A DNA stretch of 61,532 nt, filler included, from 6 parts of 6 records of this genome joined end to end with filler, not necessarily neighbours in it, one strand, 5' to 3'. Counted from the whole stretch's first letter, positions 33,289 through 42,110 are shown. The notes: generated by a model from the sequence alone, not told the origin. Numbers and translations are program-made.

Positions 33289-34338
33289 TTACACAGTCAT
33301 GACAATCTTTGGGTTTGCAGCTCCAACATCAGTTGAACTGGTGTCATCTTTTGCGATACCTTCGTCGACTGTCTTTACGTCAACACTCAAAAACTTAGCA
33401 CCATCATAGATATACCAGTTGATGTTCTGACCTGTCTGTCCCTGTTTCAATTGCACGCATGCAGTTGCAACAGTCACAAGACCTTTCTCGCCAGATAAGC
33501 TGTGTCCGCCAGGAAGAAGACCGTTCAAGTCAAGCTCATAGCCTTTTTTCATGCCGTCATCGATCATCTTGTTGAACATGTTGTCAAGTTCTGATCCGCC
33601 GTCTAAGCTGATCGAATACTTGGTGATCGGTGCGTCATGAGCAAGATATATTCCTGTTGAACCATAGTTCTTGATAGCGGAATTGATCTGCATCTTGATA
33701 TCATAGCACTTGGTTGTACCTGCTGTGATTGAGACGCTTGTCATGGTGATTGTGTTGGTTGTGGTGTTGTAGTTGTTGCTCTCGAAAGAGTTAGCTGTCT
33801 GGTCGAAGATCTCAACATTGATCTCTGTGTCAGCTGGATATTTCACAACACCTGCGACAACAGGTTTAGGGTTTGAGTTTGCATCGACTTCATCCTCAAC
33901 GCCATAGAATCCTGTTCCATAGACGAAATATGGAATCTCTTTACCGAATGGTACGCTCACGCTTGTTGCAGCTGTGCTGACAACGCTGTTAGATTCTTGC
34001 TCACCTGCGATGAATGATACAACTGTACCGTTCAGGTAAGATACGCCAGAAGTGATGTTAAGCTCATCTCTGATCCTGAATTTCAGTGTAGCTGTTGCGT
34101 CTGCATCAACAGATTTCAGGATGACTTCCTTTTCCCCATCCTCAGAGGCTTCCTCTGCAGTATCCAAGAACTTCCCGGAGATGTCCAATGTCTTACCGTC
34201 AAGGTCAACATTAGTGTCATCTTTCATTATGGCAATGCCTATGAGTGTCCCTACTACAATCATCGCCATAACGATGATTATAGTCAATTGGGCAAACCCC
34301 TTTTTGTTTTTTTGTATTCTATTTTTTTTATATTTCAT
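33289..34338 (-). CDS. Putative major structural protein with class III signal peptide
   Basis: GAGGTGA SD; MKYKKNRIQKNKKG|FAQLTIIIVMAMIVVG; S/T/V-rich beta domains with several NxS/T sequons; own TATA promoter and terminator. Confidence 0.6.
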   Translation of the reverse strand: MKYKKNRIQKNKKGFAQLTIIIVMAMIVVGTLIGIAIMKDDTNVDLDGKTLDISGKFLDTAEEASEDGEKEVILKSVDADATATLKFRIRDELNITSGVSYLNGTVVSFIAGEQESNSVVSTAATSVSVPFGKEIPYFVYGTGFYGVEDEVDANSNPKPVVAGVVKYPADTEINVEIFDQTANSFESNNYNTTTNTITMTSVSITAGTTKCYDIKMQINSAIKNYGSTGIYLAHDAPITKYSISLDGGSELDNMFNKMIDDGMKKGYELDLNGLLPGGHSLSGEKGLVTVATACVQLKQGQTGQNINWYIYDGAKFLSVDVKTVDEGIAKDDTSSTDVGAANPKIVMTV

Positions 34339-34403
34339 TGAGTTTATTCACCTCAAAAATTTTTAAATTAAAATGATTGTTGCTGATAGAAATGAGATTG
34401 AGG

Positions 34404-34412
34404 TTTATATAT
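34404..34412 (-). promoter_or_regulatory. Archaeal TATA box
   Basis: Minus strand ATATATAAA ~65 nt upstream of ATG 34338. Confidence 0.55.
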
Positions 34413-34417
34413 TGGTT

Positions 34418-34480
34418 GGTACAGATTCTGAATATACTATGGTACAGATTCTGAATAAACTATGGTACAGATTTTGAATA
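34418..34480. repeat. Three direct repeats GGTACAGATTYTGAATA with 23-bp period
   Basis: Copies start at 34418, 34441 and 34464. Confidence 0.92.
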
Positions 34481-35057
34481 AGGTTGCAGAGATTATCCCG
34501 ACATATCGTCGTGAAATTAATTTTGGTATTGCACTGATCGTACGGTACTGGGACTCATTATATATACTTCTCTCTTCATACAATCAATATCACCCTATAA
34601 ATTCAATACTATACAATCCATACAATCAAATCCATCCATACGAACAATAACAACAGGCTGAAAGCCTTGATAATAGCGGCGCAAACGGCGCAAATTACCC
34701 CCGGAGCGGAGCGGAGGGGATATCAATCCCCGTATCCGGCAACGGATACCAATATGAGACCGATGTCCTTGCTAAAGGGCTAAGGGCGATAATAGCACTG
34801 CAATCCAATGCACAATATCATACCGCACTATAACGCACTGCCACTGCATCACCACTATCACTTAAACTTCCACAATCACTACCACTAAGACCGAAAGGCC
34901 ACATCAAAACCTATCATCGGGGCAAAGAATCAGCACGATTATACAGGCTCCCGATAGTCAACATTCAATAATCCAAAAATTTAAAAAGAAAAATAATAAA
35001 GCTTTTTATGGTCATAAACCTTTTGTTGTTTCAAACAACATAAGCTACTGGTGGGGG

Positions 35058-35309
35058 TCATACCTCGCCGTAGATTCTTACCATCTCACTTACCTCATTC
35101 TGCTCGGCAAGAGCACTTAACTCGTTTCGCATCACGCTAATCGCTTCCTGACTGAAACAGTCATACAAGATGCCATAATGCGCAAGAACACTGGGGAATT
35201 CATTTCCCTCAATATCATCGACATCCCAGTTGAACCCGTCGTCAATGAAACTGACATGCTTAATATACTCAATCGTCTTATGCACTCGCATCGCCTCAAT
35301 CGGGTTCAT
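35058..35309 (-). CDS. Hypothetical protein
   Basis: 83-aa ORF coupled (ATGA) to the upstream gene, GGAGGTG SD. Confidence 0.6.
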   Translation of the reverse strand: MNPIEAMRVHKTIEYIKHVSFIDDGFNWDVDDIEGNEFPSVLAHYGILYDCFSQEAISVMRNELSALAEQNEVSEMVRIYGEV

Positions 35310-35626
35310 GCTTCCACCTCCTTTCTTTCAACAACAGAAGAGGGAGTGGTCCCTCTCTCGTCATCGATGTTCAATTCGGCAAGAGCTATCGCCAAATCCC
35401 TCAACTGATGAGGGTCGCACCATATAGTCTGTCTTTTCCAGTCATTTCCTACCTTTCTACTTAACTGGATGCTTGCTCTTGTCACATCGATGCTCCTCTC
35501 AGGAACATATCCTACCTCATGACTCTTCGGAGCGAATGTCTTTGTTCGCTTCCATACACACACCTGGAATCCTCCGTGCTTTGACTTCATCATTGGTCCT
35601 TTCTTTTCTTCTAATACCATTTTCAT
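35306..35626 (-). CDS. PC4/Whirly-like putative ssDNA-binding protein
   Basis: GGFQVCVW...SIQLSRKVGNDWKRQTIWCDPHQLRDLAIAL, resembling the small G-I-x-x-x-W / SYK-D-G-W / DL family. Confidence 0.5.
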   Translation of the reverse strand: MKMVLEEKKGPMMKSKHGGFQVCVWKRTKTFAPKSHEVGYVPERSIDVTRASIQLSRKVGNDWKRQTIWCDPHQLRDLAIALAELNIDDERGTTPSSVVERKEVEA

Positions 35627-36104
35627 GTTTTTCCTCGTTTAGTTTTTATCGATTATCCAATAATTTGATTGGACATCTGACTTACAATCAAATTTATTCA
35701 TCGAGAGAGTTCATCGGCAGAGAAGGAAGAGTCAGGCGTACTTAGATGGGTTTCATCGGGTACGACATCGCCAGGTGGGGCTTCGAGGCATTAATATGCC
35801 GAGGCAGAATCGCGCTACTGCACGAAGACCAAAGGCTTTAAGTTGGGCGGTCGTACAAGGTAGACCGTCTCTTAATGTTTTTGAGTGACCGAAGGGAACG
35901 TGTCACACTGTAATCAGCTTGGTTCTTAGAATCAGTTTATTCGCCATTGTTACATAGCGGGTACATAGGCTGTCGAGGATAGGCTTGAGTTTATCCGCAA
36001 AAATAGGCGCTGGTGTTACGGTGGTAATAAATTCCTGATCTTTCCTCTATATCCATCAACAATCATAATGGTATTTTATCCGTAAAATCATACATCATTG
36101 TTTA

Positions 36105-36988
36105 TCACCCGGTTATATTCTCCTGATCCTTTTTGCAGTCCTTTCTTATCATTTGGAATAGGATGTCATCTTTTGTTGTATATTGACCATAATGTAGTGA
36201 ACTCTCGTAATAATCAATGAGTTCATCGCAGGAAAGGTCAGCGATTGTTTTCTCCCGGCAGACATCTTTATATGTCATTGTGCAGTTCAGCCATCCGGGT
36301 TCCGAATCCATAAAATCAACAAGACATTCTGGTGTTCCGGAATAGGGTTCCTCGAAGTTGCAATCCATCCATTCACAAGTATCAATCCATTCTATATGAG
36401 GCTCTTTACAGTAATAGATATGGAAAAATTCATCCAATTCCTCATAATATATTCCTTTTTCACTATAATTAGCTGTGACCCAACCATCTCCTAAATATTT
36501 ACCGCTGCATTGGTAACTGTTTGGGATCTTTTCAGTTATATACATGGGATCGCCATCATCACATGGGGTTTTCTCTCTGGCAGATAGGCAGTAACGGAAG
36601 TTGTACGAACACACCTTATCTTCTGTAATATTGCACCATTTCCCTTCAGGGCAATTAATATTATAAACACACACAGGGTCATCGTTAGAACATTCAAAAG
36701 TGATATAATCATCATTGCTCCATTCAGTGCATACGCATTCGCTGTCGCAATATGCAGTCCAGCCATCAAGGCATTTATCGCAGAAGGTCTTGTCACGCCA
36801 GTCCATACAATAGGACGGTTCAGTGTCAGACGATAAAAGGCAAATGTGCTTATCTGGGTTGAATGAAGGCTCGCCTCCAATAAATCCGAATATGAAGACA
36901 ACTAACATTAACAGAGCAATTGCTATGATAATCTTTGCAAAACGTGACTTTGCCCGCTCTTGATTCTTTTCATTTCCTTTGTTTTCAT
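36105..36988 (-). CDS. Cys-rich secreted protein; probable frameshift near ~36941
   Basis: Adding one T gives MKTKEMKRIKSG|QSHVFAKIIIAIALLMLVV; repeated C..W/aR.KT.C motif. Confidence 0.55.
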
Positions 36989-37001
36989 TTGCGATTGTTG
37001 A

Positions 37002-37331
37002 TCACCTGTATTGAGTTATGTAATTTAAACATAAATGATTCGGAATGTTGATCTTGTCGCAGGAAGGTCGTTTCTGACAGCGATAACATGGATTAATTAT
37101 CTTGAGTGGCTTATCATCTATATCAGTGCTTAAATTCCTTTGCGCTCGTCTTTTCTTGAAATTCTCGAAGTTATATCTTCTATCAGGAACAACAGCTGAC
37201 GGTCTATCCCTTGAACAGCCAGGCTTATGATCCTTCGTTTCAATTATCCCTCTTTTATTCCTGTAGGTAATGACCCTGCATTCAGGGCATTTCCATTCAG
37301 TATTTATCACCACTTTTTCATTCAGCCTCAC
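37002..37331 (-). CDS. Zn-ribbon/Cys-rich hypothetical protein
   Basis: WKCPEC...HKPGC and PCYRC...C...C. Confidence 0.6.
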   Translation of the reverse strand: MRLNEKVVINTEWKCPECRVITYRNKRGIIETKDHKPGCSRDRPSAVVPDRRYNFENFKKRRAQRNLSTDIDDKPLKIINPCYRCQKRPSCDKINIPNHLCLNYITQYR

Positions 37332-37480
37332 TTATGCATGCGCTGTTTGCAATCATCGCAATACAGTCTTAGCAGATGCTTACACTCGAACATCCTGCCG
37401 CAGCGTTTGCACTTTCGCTTTTCCTTGAAGTGACGTCCGTTGATCTTTTCGAGGTTTTTCAGTCCATAAATGTCTCTCAT
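37328..37480 (-). CDS. 50-aa C4 zinc-finger protein (not in ORF track)
   Basis: MRDIYGLKNLEKINGRHFKEKRKCKRCGRMFECKHLLRLYCDDCKQRMHK*; GTGA overlap with the next gene. Confidence 0.6.
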   Translation of the reverse strand: MRDIYGLKNLEKINGRHFKEKRKCKRCGRMFECKHLLRLYCDDCKQRMHK

Positions 37481-37525
37481 TCTTCTTCATCTCTGATAAT
37501 TTTTAGTTCCTTCCCTCTATCTCCT

Positions 37526-38077
37526 CTATTTCTTCAGTTGCTTTCGGATATCTTGGATTGCATCATTCAATTCCTGCATCGCTTTATCATCACCGCCTTT
37601 GTCGGCATGTAGTTCCTTTGCACGCTGCCTGTATTTGAATTCAATATATTCAAGGTCCTTGCTGGTCTCATCTACGCCGATGATCTGTCGCGGCGTCTTG
37701 ATCTTTTCACCGTCAGGGTCATAGCCGATCCGGAACTGGTTCATGACCTGGCCGAATGTCTTGATGCCACGCTCGATGAATATGACCTCGTAATGCACGA
37801 GCTGCTCGATTGCAGCAACGCAGCCGGTCGCATTCTCCTGACTGTCGCATCTGTAATAATGTTCCTTTCCGTTGACCATCCACTTGATCTCTGCAAATGG
37901 TTCCTCGTAACCGTAATGGCTGTTCTCAATACTGATGTGATCCTTCTCGATACCGATCCTTGAAAGCCATCTGATGATATCAGTTCTGTATCGCTGGATG
38001 TTCTTTGAAGCGCTGACCTTGTTGATGTTTATTTCAATTTCCTTTCCGTTCACTTGGATTTTTTGGTTCATTTTCAT
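37526..38077 (-). CDS. Virus-type protein with C-terminal DnaJ J-domain (HAD in place of HPD)
   Basis: PRQIIGV...IEFKYRQRAKELHADKGGDDKAMQELNDA. Confidence 0.8.
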   Translation of the reverse strand: MKMNQKIQVNGKEIEININKVSASKNIQRYRTDIIRWLSRIGIEKDHISIENSHYGYEEPFAEIKWMVNGKEHYYRCDSQENATGCVAAIEQLVHYEVIFIERGIKTFGQVMNQFRIGYDPDGEKIKTPRQIIGVDETSKDLEYIEFKYRQRAKELHADKGGDDKAMQELNDAIQDIRKQLKK

Positions 38078-38264
38078 ATTCTCTGAAGTTCATGTTCTGG
38101 CAACAATCCTTGCATAACAGCAGCTTCTTATCATCATCAGCTGATACAAAACTCTCAAAATCATTCATATTGAAATTATAATCATTTAAAGTGAATGTCT
38201 GAGCGACCTTATCTCCAACACCAAGTTTTATTCCACAGCAATCGCATTTCTTATCATTTCCCAT
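38034..38264 (-). CDS. Small Zn-finger protein
   Basis: KCDCCG...LLCKDCC. Confidence 0.55.
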   Translation of the reverse strand: MGNDKKCDCCGIKLGVGDKVAQTFTLNDYNFNMNDFESFVSADDDKKLLLCKDCCQNMNFREYENEPKNPSERKGN

Positions 38265-38513
38265 CTATTCGACCTCATATACCTTGACTCTTTCATCCGC
38301 TCCAGCAGCTGCTTTTGAAATTAAACCCATTATCCAATCTACACTAAGCTTTGGATCATCATCCGTAGAAACGCAATCTTTGACTTCATCTATGATTTCT
38401 TTTTTAATGACAACGACTTTATAAAGCGTACCTTCTCTTGAAATTTGTTTGCTGAAAAAATCGCCTTTCTCTATTGGTATATCTTTCTCGTTATTGACTT
38501 TAATTGGTTCCAT
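38265..38513 (-). CDS. Hypothetical protein flanked by 17-bp direct repeats
   Basis: 82-aa ORF; TATGAGGTCGAATAGAT at both ends. Confidence 0.55.
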   Translation of the reverse strand: MEPIKVNNEKDIPIEKGDFFSKQISREGTLYKVVVIKKEIIDEVKDCVSTDDDPKLSVDWIMGLISKAAAGADERVKVYEVE

Positions 38514-38763
38514 TATCTATTCGACCTCATAAATTAAATGTCATACCCCTTATCCCTGCAATCAGTTAAATTATGGTATAACAAGCACTGATTCATAGCT
38601 GCTGTTGATATCAATATACTCCATTGCACACCGCCACTGGATTGCCTCACGCATACTGTCAGCATCGAATATTGCGTTGTCTTCGGGGTTTAGCATATAA
38701 TCCATTTTTTGCATGCAATATGCAGAAGGATAATCTACTAAGAACTCCGTCCATAAGTTACTA

Positions 38764-38863
38764 NNNNNNNNNNNNNNNNNNNNNNNNNNNNNNNNNNNNN
38801 NNNNNNNTTAATTAATTAANNNNNNNNNNNNNNNNNNNNNNNNNNNNNNNNNNNNNNNNNNNN
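38764..38863. other. Artificial contig-joining linker
   Basis: N run with TTAATTAATTAA. Confidence 0.98.
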
Positions 38864-38930
38864 TTATCTCAATTGGACAAAGAGCTTTAATGATTTGGTG
38901 TGCTTGTTTTTTACTTTCAATAAAAACAGG

Positions 38931-40634
38931 TTAATTAATAGTTGTTACTTTACTGGAAACGGTAAAGCTTTTATAAACAGTTCCACTAGAATATGTCCCA
39001 TCTGTATAAAGGCCATCTGTTGCTGTACCGGTTGAACTTCCTCCCAGGTAAACATTGTAGGAGGTTCCGGTTGTAAGCAGTGGGGAAGAAAACACCACAG
39101 ACTGGTACGATTTGGAGGGGCTGAATGTCAGAACATCCGAACCTGCCTGGGTTTCAATATGAATCAACGCACCGGCACTCTGCGTCGAGCTCAAATTCAC
39201 CAAAATAGAATTTTGGCCTGATGATGTGCTAAGAGCTTGTGTCATTCTCGAATAGCTACCGGCGGCCACAAGAAATCCTCCATTCATTACAAACGAGCCA
39301 TTGTAATCCAGGGCGCTGTTGTTAGTGGCTGTTGAACCACTCACAATTAAATCTCCATCTGCCATAACGACCGAAGCATTTGCATCAACTCCGTCACCAC
39401 CTGCATCAACGACAATATAGCCGCCATTAATATATAAATAGTTGCCGGTGGACACGGAACCTTGACCCGGGCCAGAATCGCCACCTGCGGCTAAATTAAG
39501 TCCATCGTCACTGGAAACAAGATGAATCTCACCACCGTTAATTGTAATATCACCTACGGCGCTTTCAATGCCTTCATAAGATTTTGTAATTTTTATGTCA
39601 CCATCGTTAATAACCAGATCATCGTCGGCATGAAGGCCGTCATCATCAGAAGAGATATCAAGATAGCCATCATTAATTGTTACAAATCCATTTGAATGAA
39701 TTGCATCACCATCAGAGATAATTTCTAAAGCCCCACCATCAATTGTTACGTTAATGGCTGCGTTTATCCCATGTTCTTCGGAGGACAGATCAATTTCTCC
39801 TGATGTGATTGTTACATCTTTTTCAGCATCAATGGCATTCTCGTCGGCAGTAATGTTTAATGCACCATTCTCAACTGCAATATAACCCAATGAGGCGTCA
39901 TCAGAATTATCAGATTTCAAACCATCTCCGCCCGCTTGCACAGTAATATTGCCATCTTTAAAAATAAGATAATCTTTACCCCTAATACCGTCGTCAACTG
40001 CATTCACATTTATGGTTCCCGATGTAATGATCAATCCGTCTTTACTTGCAATGCCATCGTTATAATTACCATCAACCGATAATTTTCCATACCCATAAAT
40101 ACTAAGGTTAGATTTGCTAAAAATGGCTGCATTAGGTTCATCGGAATCAGCATCTGCAAGAATGTATGATGTTCCGTCGGTCACATTATTCTCCGTATTA
40201 TCTGCGATAACAATCATTGCTTTCTCCGCATCAGCGATATAAATTGGTGCATTTGTGGAGCAGTTGAGATCGACTCCGTTTAGGATGAGCCTAACAATTT
40301 CTTCATCTGTTGTGTTTACAATTATCTGGCCATTGTCAAGAGAACCGGTAAACCGATAAGTTCCTGCGGATGTGATTGTGACCGTGCTGCCTTCAGCAGT
40401 GGCACCACTACCAGCAACAGCTATCTCATTGGATTTTAGCGTTACTTGAATTTCTTTAGAACTATCCCAGCTATAATCTCCCGAATAGTCGTGATTTGTA
40501 CCACTTTCAACAATGACAATTTCCTCTTCCTCAGTTGCGGTTTCTTCAATTTCCGGTTCTACAACATTACTGCAACCAAAATACCCAATCACCATAGTTG
40601 CTATTATCAGCATAACAAATCTATTTTTATTCAT
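38931..40634 (-). CDS. DUF4353/Cthe_2159-like beta-helix carbohydrate-binding lipoprotein
   Basis: Lipobox YFGC; VTITSAGTY..G...GQI.V, NAAIFSK, DGIASKD, repeated DDG/GDG turns, ALDYNG, YQSVVFSSP. Confidence 0.85.
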   Translation of the reverse strand: MNKNRFVMLIIATMVIGYFGCSNVVEPEIEETATEEEEIVIVESGTNHDYSGDYSWDSSKEIQVTLKSNEIAVAGSGATAEGSTVTITSAGTYRFTGSLDNGQIIVNTTDEEIVRLILNGVDLNCSTNAPIYIADAEKAMIVIADNTENNVTDGTSYILADADSDEPNAAIFSKSNLSIYGYGKLSVDGNYNDGIASKDGLIITSGTINVNAVDDGIRGKDYLIFKDGNITVQAGGDGLKSDNSDDASLGYIAVENGALNITADENAIDAEKDVTITSGEIDLSSEEHGINAAINVTIDGGALEIISDGDAIHSNGFVTINDGYLDISSDDDGLHADDDLVINDGDIKITKSYEGIESAVGDITINGGEIHLVSSDDGLNLAAGGDSGPGQGSVSTGNYLYINGGYIVVDAGGDGVDANASVVMADGDLIVSGSTATNNSALDYNGSFVMNGGFLVAAGSYSRMTQALSTSSGQNSILVNLSSTQSAGALIHIETQAGSDVLTFSPSKSYQSVVFSSPLLTTGTSYNVYLGGSSTGTATDGLYTDGTYSSGTVYKSFTVSSKVTTIN

Positions 40635-40651
40635 TTCGATCTCCAAGTTAG

Positions 40652-41326
40652 TTAGATCTGTTCCTCATCAAAAAAGAGGTTAATATTTTTCACACCTTGT
40701 GTCCCATCCAGTTCACGAATAAACTGGGGATTCTTTTCTTTGTTTTTTAATTTCACATAATAAGACAACTCGATTATTTCCTGATCATCCATTGTTTTTG
40801 CATTAATAATATTATGCCGCCGGCAATATTTATTTAAAACCGGAAGATAAGGAGGTAAATCGCTGCCATTTGATTGAAAAGAGAATTGCAATAAATAATC
40901 ATCATTGCGGATTGATGTAACATTTGATTTGACCAGCATCATTATAATCATTCCAACGAATATTGATCCAAAGATAGCGATTCTAAAATATCCCACTCCC
41001 GAGGCCATACCAATGGCCAGAGCAAAAAAGATGAACACAATATCCTGCGTGTCTTTTACGGCTGTTCTGAAGCGAATGATGGACATTGCACCGACAAGTC
41101 CAAAAGCACGGGCTAAATTATTACCAATAACCATGATTACGATGGCGGTGACCATGGTCAGAATAATCATGGAATTGACAAATGCTGCTGAATATCCGGC
41201 CCCACGATAGGATTTGCGATAAATCCAGGCAATAAAAAGCCCGCAGCACAAAGCAACAATCACATTTGTTATTATTTCATAGATCGAAACGGGAAACAGG
41301 TTCATATTTGATAATCCATTAAGCAT
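40652..41326 (-). CDS. DUF4956-family membrane protein
   Basis: IGNNLARAFGLVGAMSIIRFRTAVKDTQD, AIGMASGVG. Confidence 0.9.
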   Translation of the reverse strand: MLNGLSNMNLFPVSIYEIITNVIVALCCGLFIAWIYRKSYRGAGYSAAFVNSMIILTMVTAIVIMVIGNNLARAFGLVGAMSIIRFRTAVKDTQDIVFIFFALAIGMASGVGYFRIAIFGSIFVGMIIMMLVKSNVTSIRNDDYLLQFSFQSNGSDLPPYLPVLNKYCRRHNIINAKTMDDQEIIELSYYVKLKNKEKNPQFIRELDGTQGVKNINLFFDEEQI

Positions 41327-42101
41327 AGCGAGACTCCCGGTGGTTTCCAATCATCTTCATTCTGGCGTAGCGTGTATTATTAAATTCTTCATGAGAGTCC
41401 AGGGTCATGGTATATTTTGAGAGCGCCCTTCGGTTCAGGTTAAACCTGGTAATAAGCGACCTAATCCAAGTGGGCAACGTCCCGAAAAATTTTACTTCAA
41501 AAATAAAGTTGTTTACCATTGTTGATTTGGCTGTATCTTCATTATAAAGTTGATTGAGATCAGGATAAATAACGCTGCGCAGGTTTTTATCAAAGGTTAA
41601 TCTTAAAGATGGATCAAACTTGCCGAGAAAAGCTTCACGATCATAAATTACCAAAACGGCAGGACGTAAATTTTTCAGATAATAGTAATAGAGGAATTTT
41701 TGAGCATCTTTTTTCTCCACGCCATTGCCGCTAAACGAGAGAACAAAATCGTCTATGCGCCTGGAGTTGAGTGACTTGGCCACGTTTGTATAGTAAAGCG
41801 GCGCCCGGCTTTTGGAGATGCAATTTGTGTTTTTACGTTTAATCTCCAAAAAAGTTATGCTTTCCTTTGATAGTTTGTCATAACCTCTAATACGATATTT
41901 GTTTCTTATTTTGAGGCCATCCATCTTTTCTTTGTAGCAAGTAAATTGTGGCGAGTCATAATAAATGCTTCTAACGGTATATTCACCACTATCATGTTTT
42001 TTAGCAAATTCATCCAATTCCATATAGGGGGATAATTCTTTTCTCAGCTCACTTAAAAGGCTGTTGGGAACCAAATATTTATATTCAAATCTTGAAGCCA
42101 T
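41319..42101 (-). CDS. VTC-domain (polyphosphate polymerase-like, CYTH fold) protein
   Basis: RFEYKY, YTVRSIYYDS, RNKYRIRGY, FLEIKRK, YDREAF, RLTFDKNL, FEVKF, LSKY. Confidence 0.9.
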   Translation of the reverse strand: MASRFEYKYLVPNSLLSELRKELSPYMELDEFAKKHDSGEYTVRSIYYDSPQFTCYKEKMDGLKIRNKYRIRGYDKLSKESITFLEIKRKNTNCISKSRAPLYYTNVAKSLNSRRIDDFVLSFSGNGVEKKDAQKFLYYYYLKNLRPAVLVIYDREAFLGKFDPSLRLTFDKNLRSVIYPDLNQLYNEDTAKSTMVNNFIFEVKFFGTLPTWIRSLITRFNLNRRALSKYTMTLDSHEEFNNTRYARMKMIGNHRESRYA

Positions 42102-42110
42102 TGTTATTTC

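Larger units (their letters stand above)
28426..38763 (-). mobile_element. Partial archaeal (DPANN-like) virus- or plasmid-like element
   Basis: All genes on one strand, short and tightly packed, no housekeeping genes, (GA)GGTGA SD motifs, TATA promoter, oligo-T terminators, membrane/structural module plus small Zn-finger, J-domain and PC4-like genes. Confidence 0.6.

Noticed and set aside
28426-34338. Ordinary archaeal type IV pilus or archaellum operon
   Set aside because: No assembly ATPase, TadC/FlaJ platform or prepilin peptidase is seen, and the neighbours are virus-like small genes. Not fully excluded because the contig is truncated.
34418-34480. Mini-CRISPR array
   Set aside because: Spacers are only 6 nt and near-identical; no cas genes are present.
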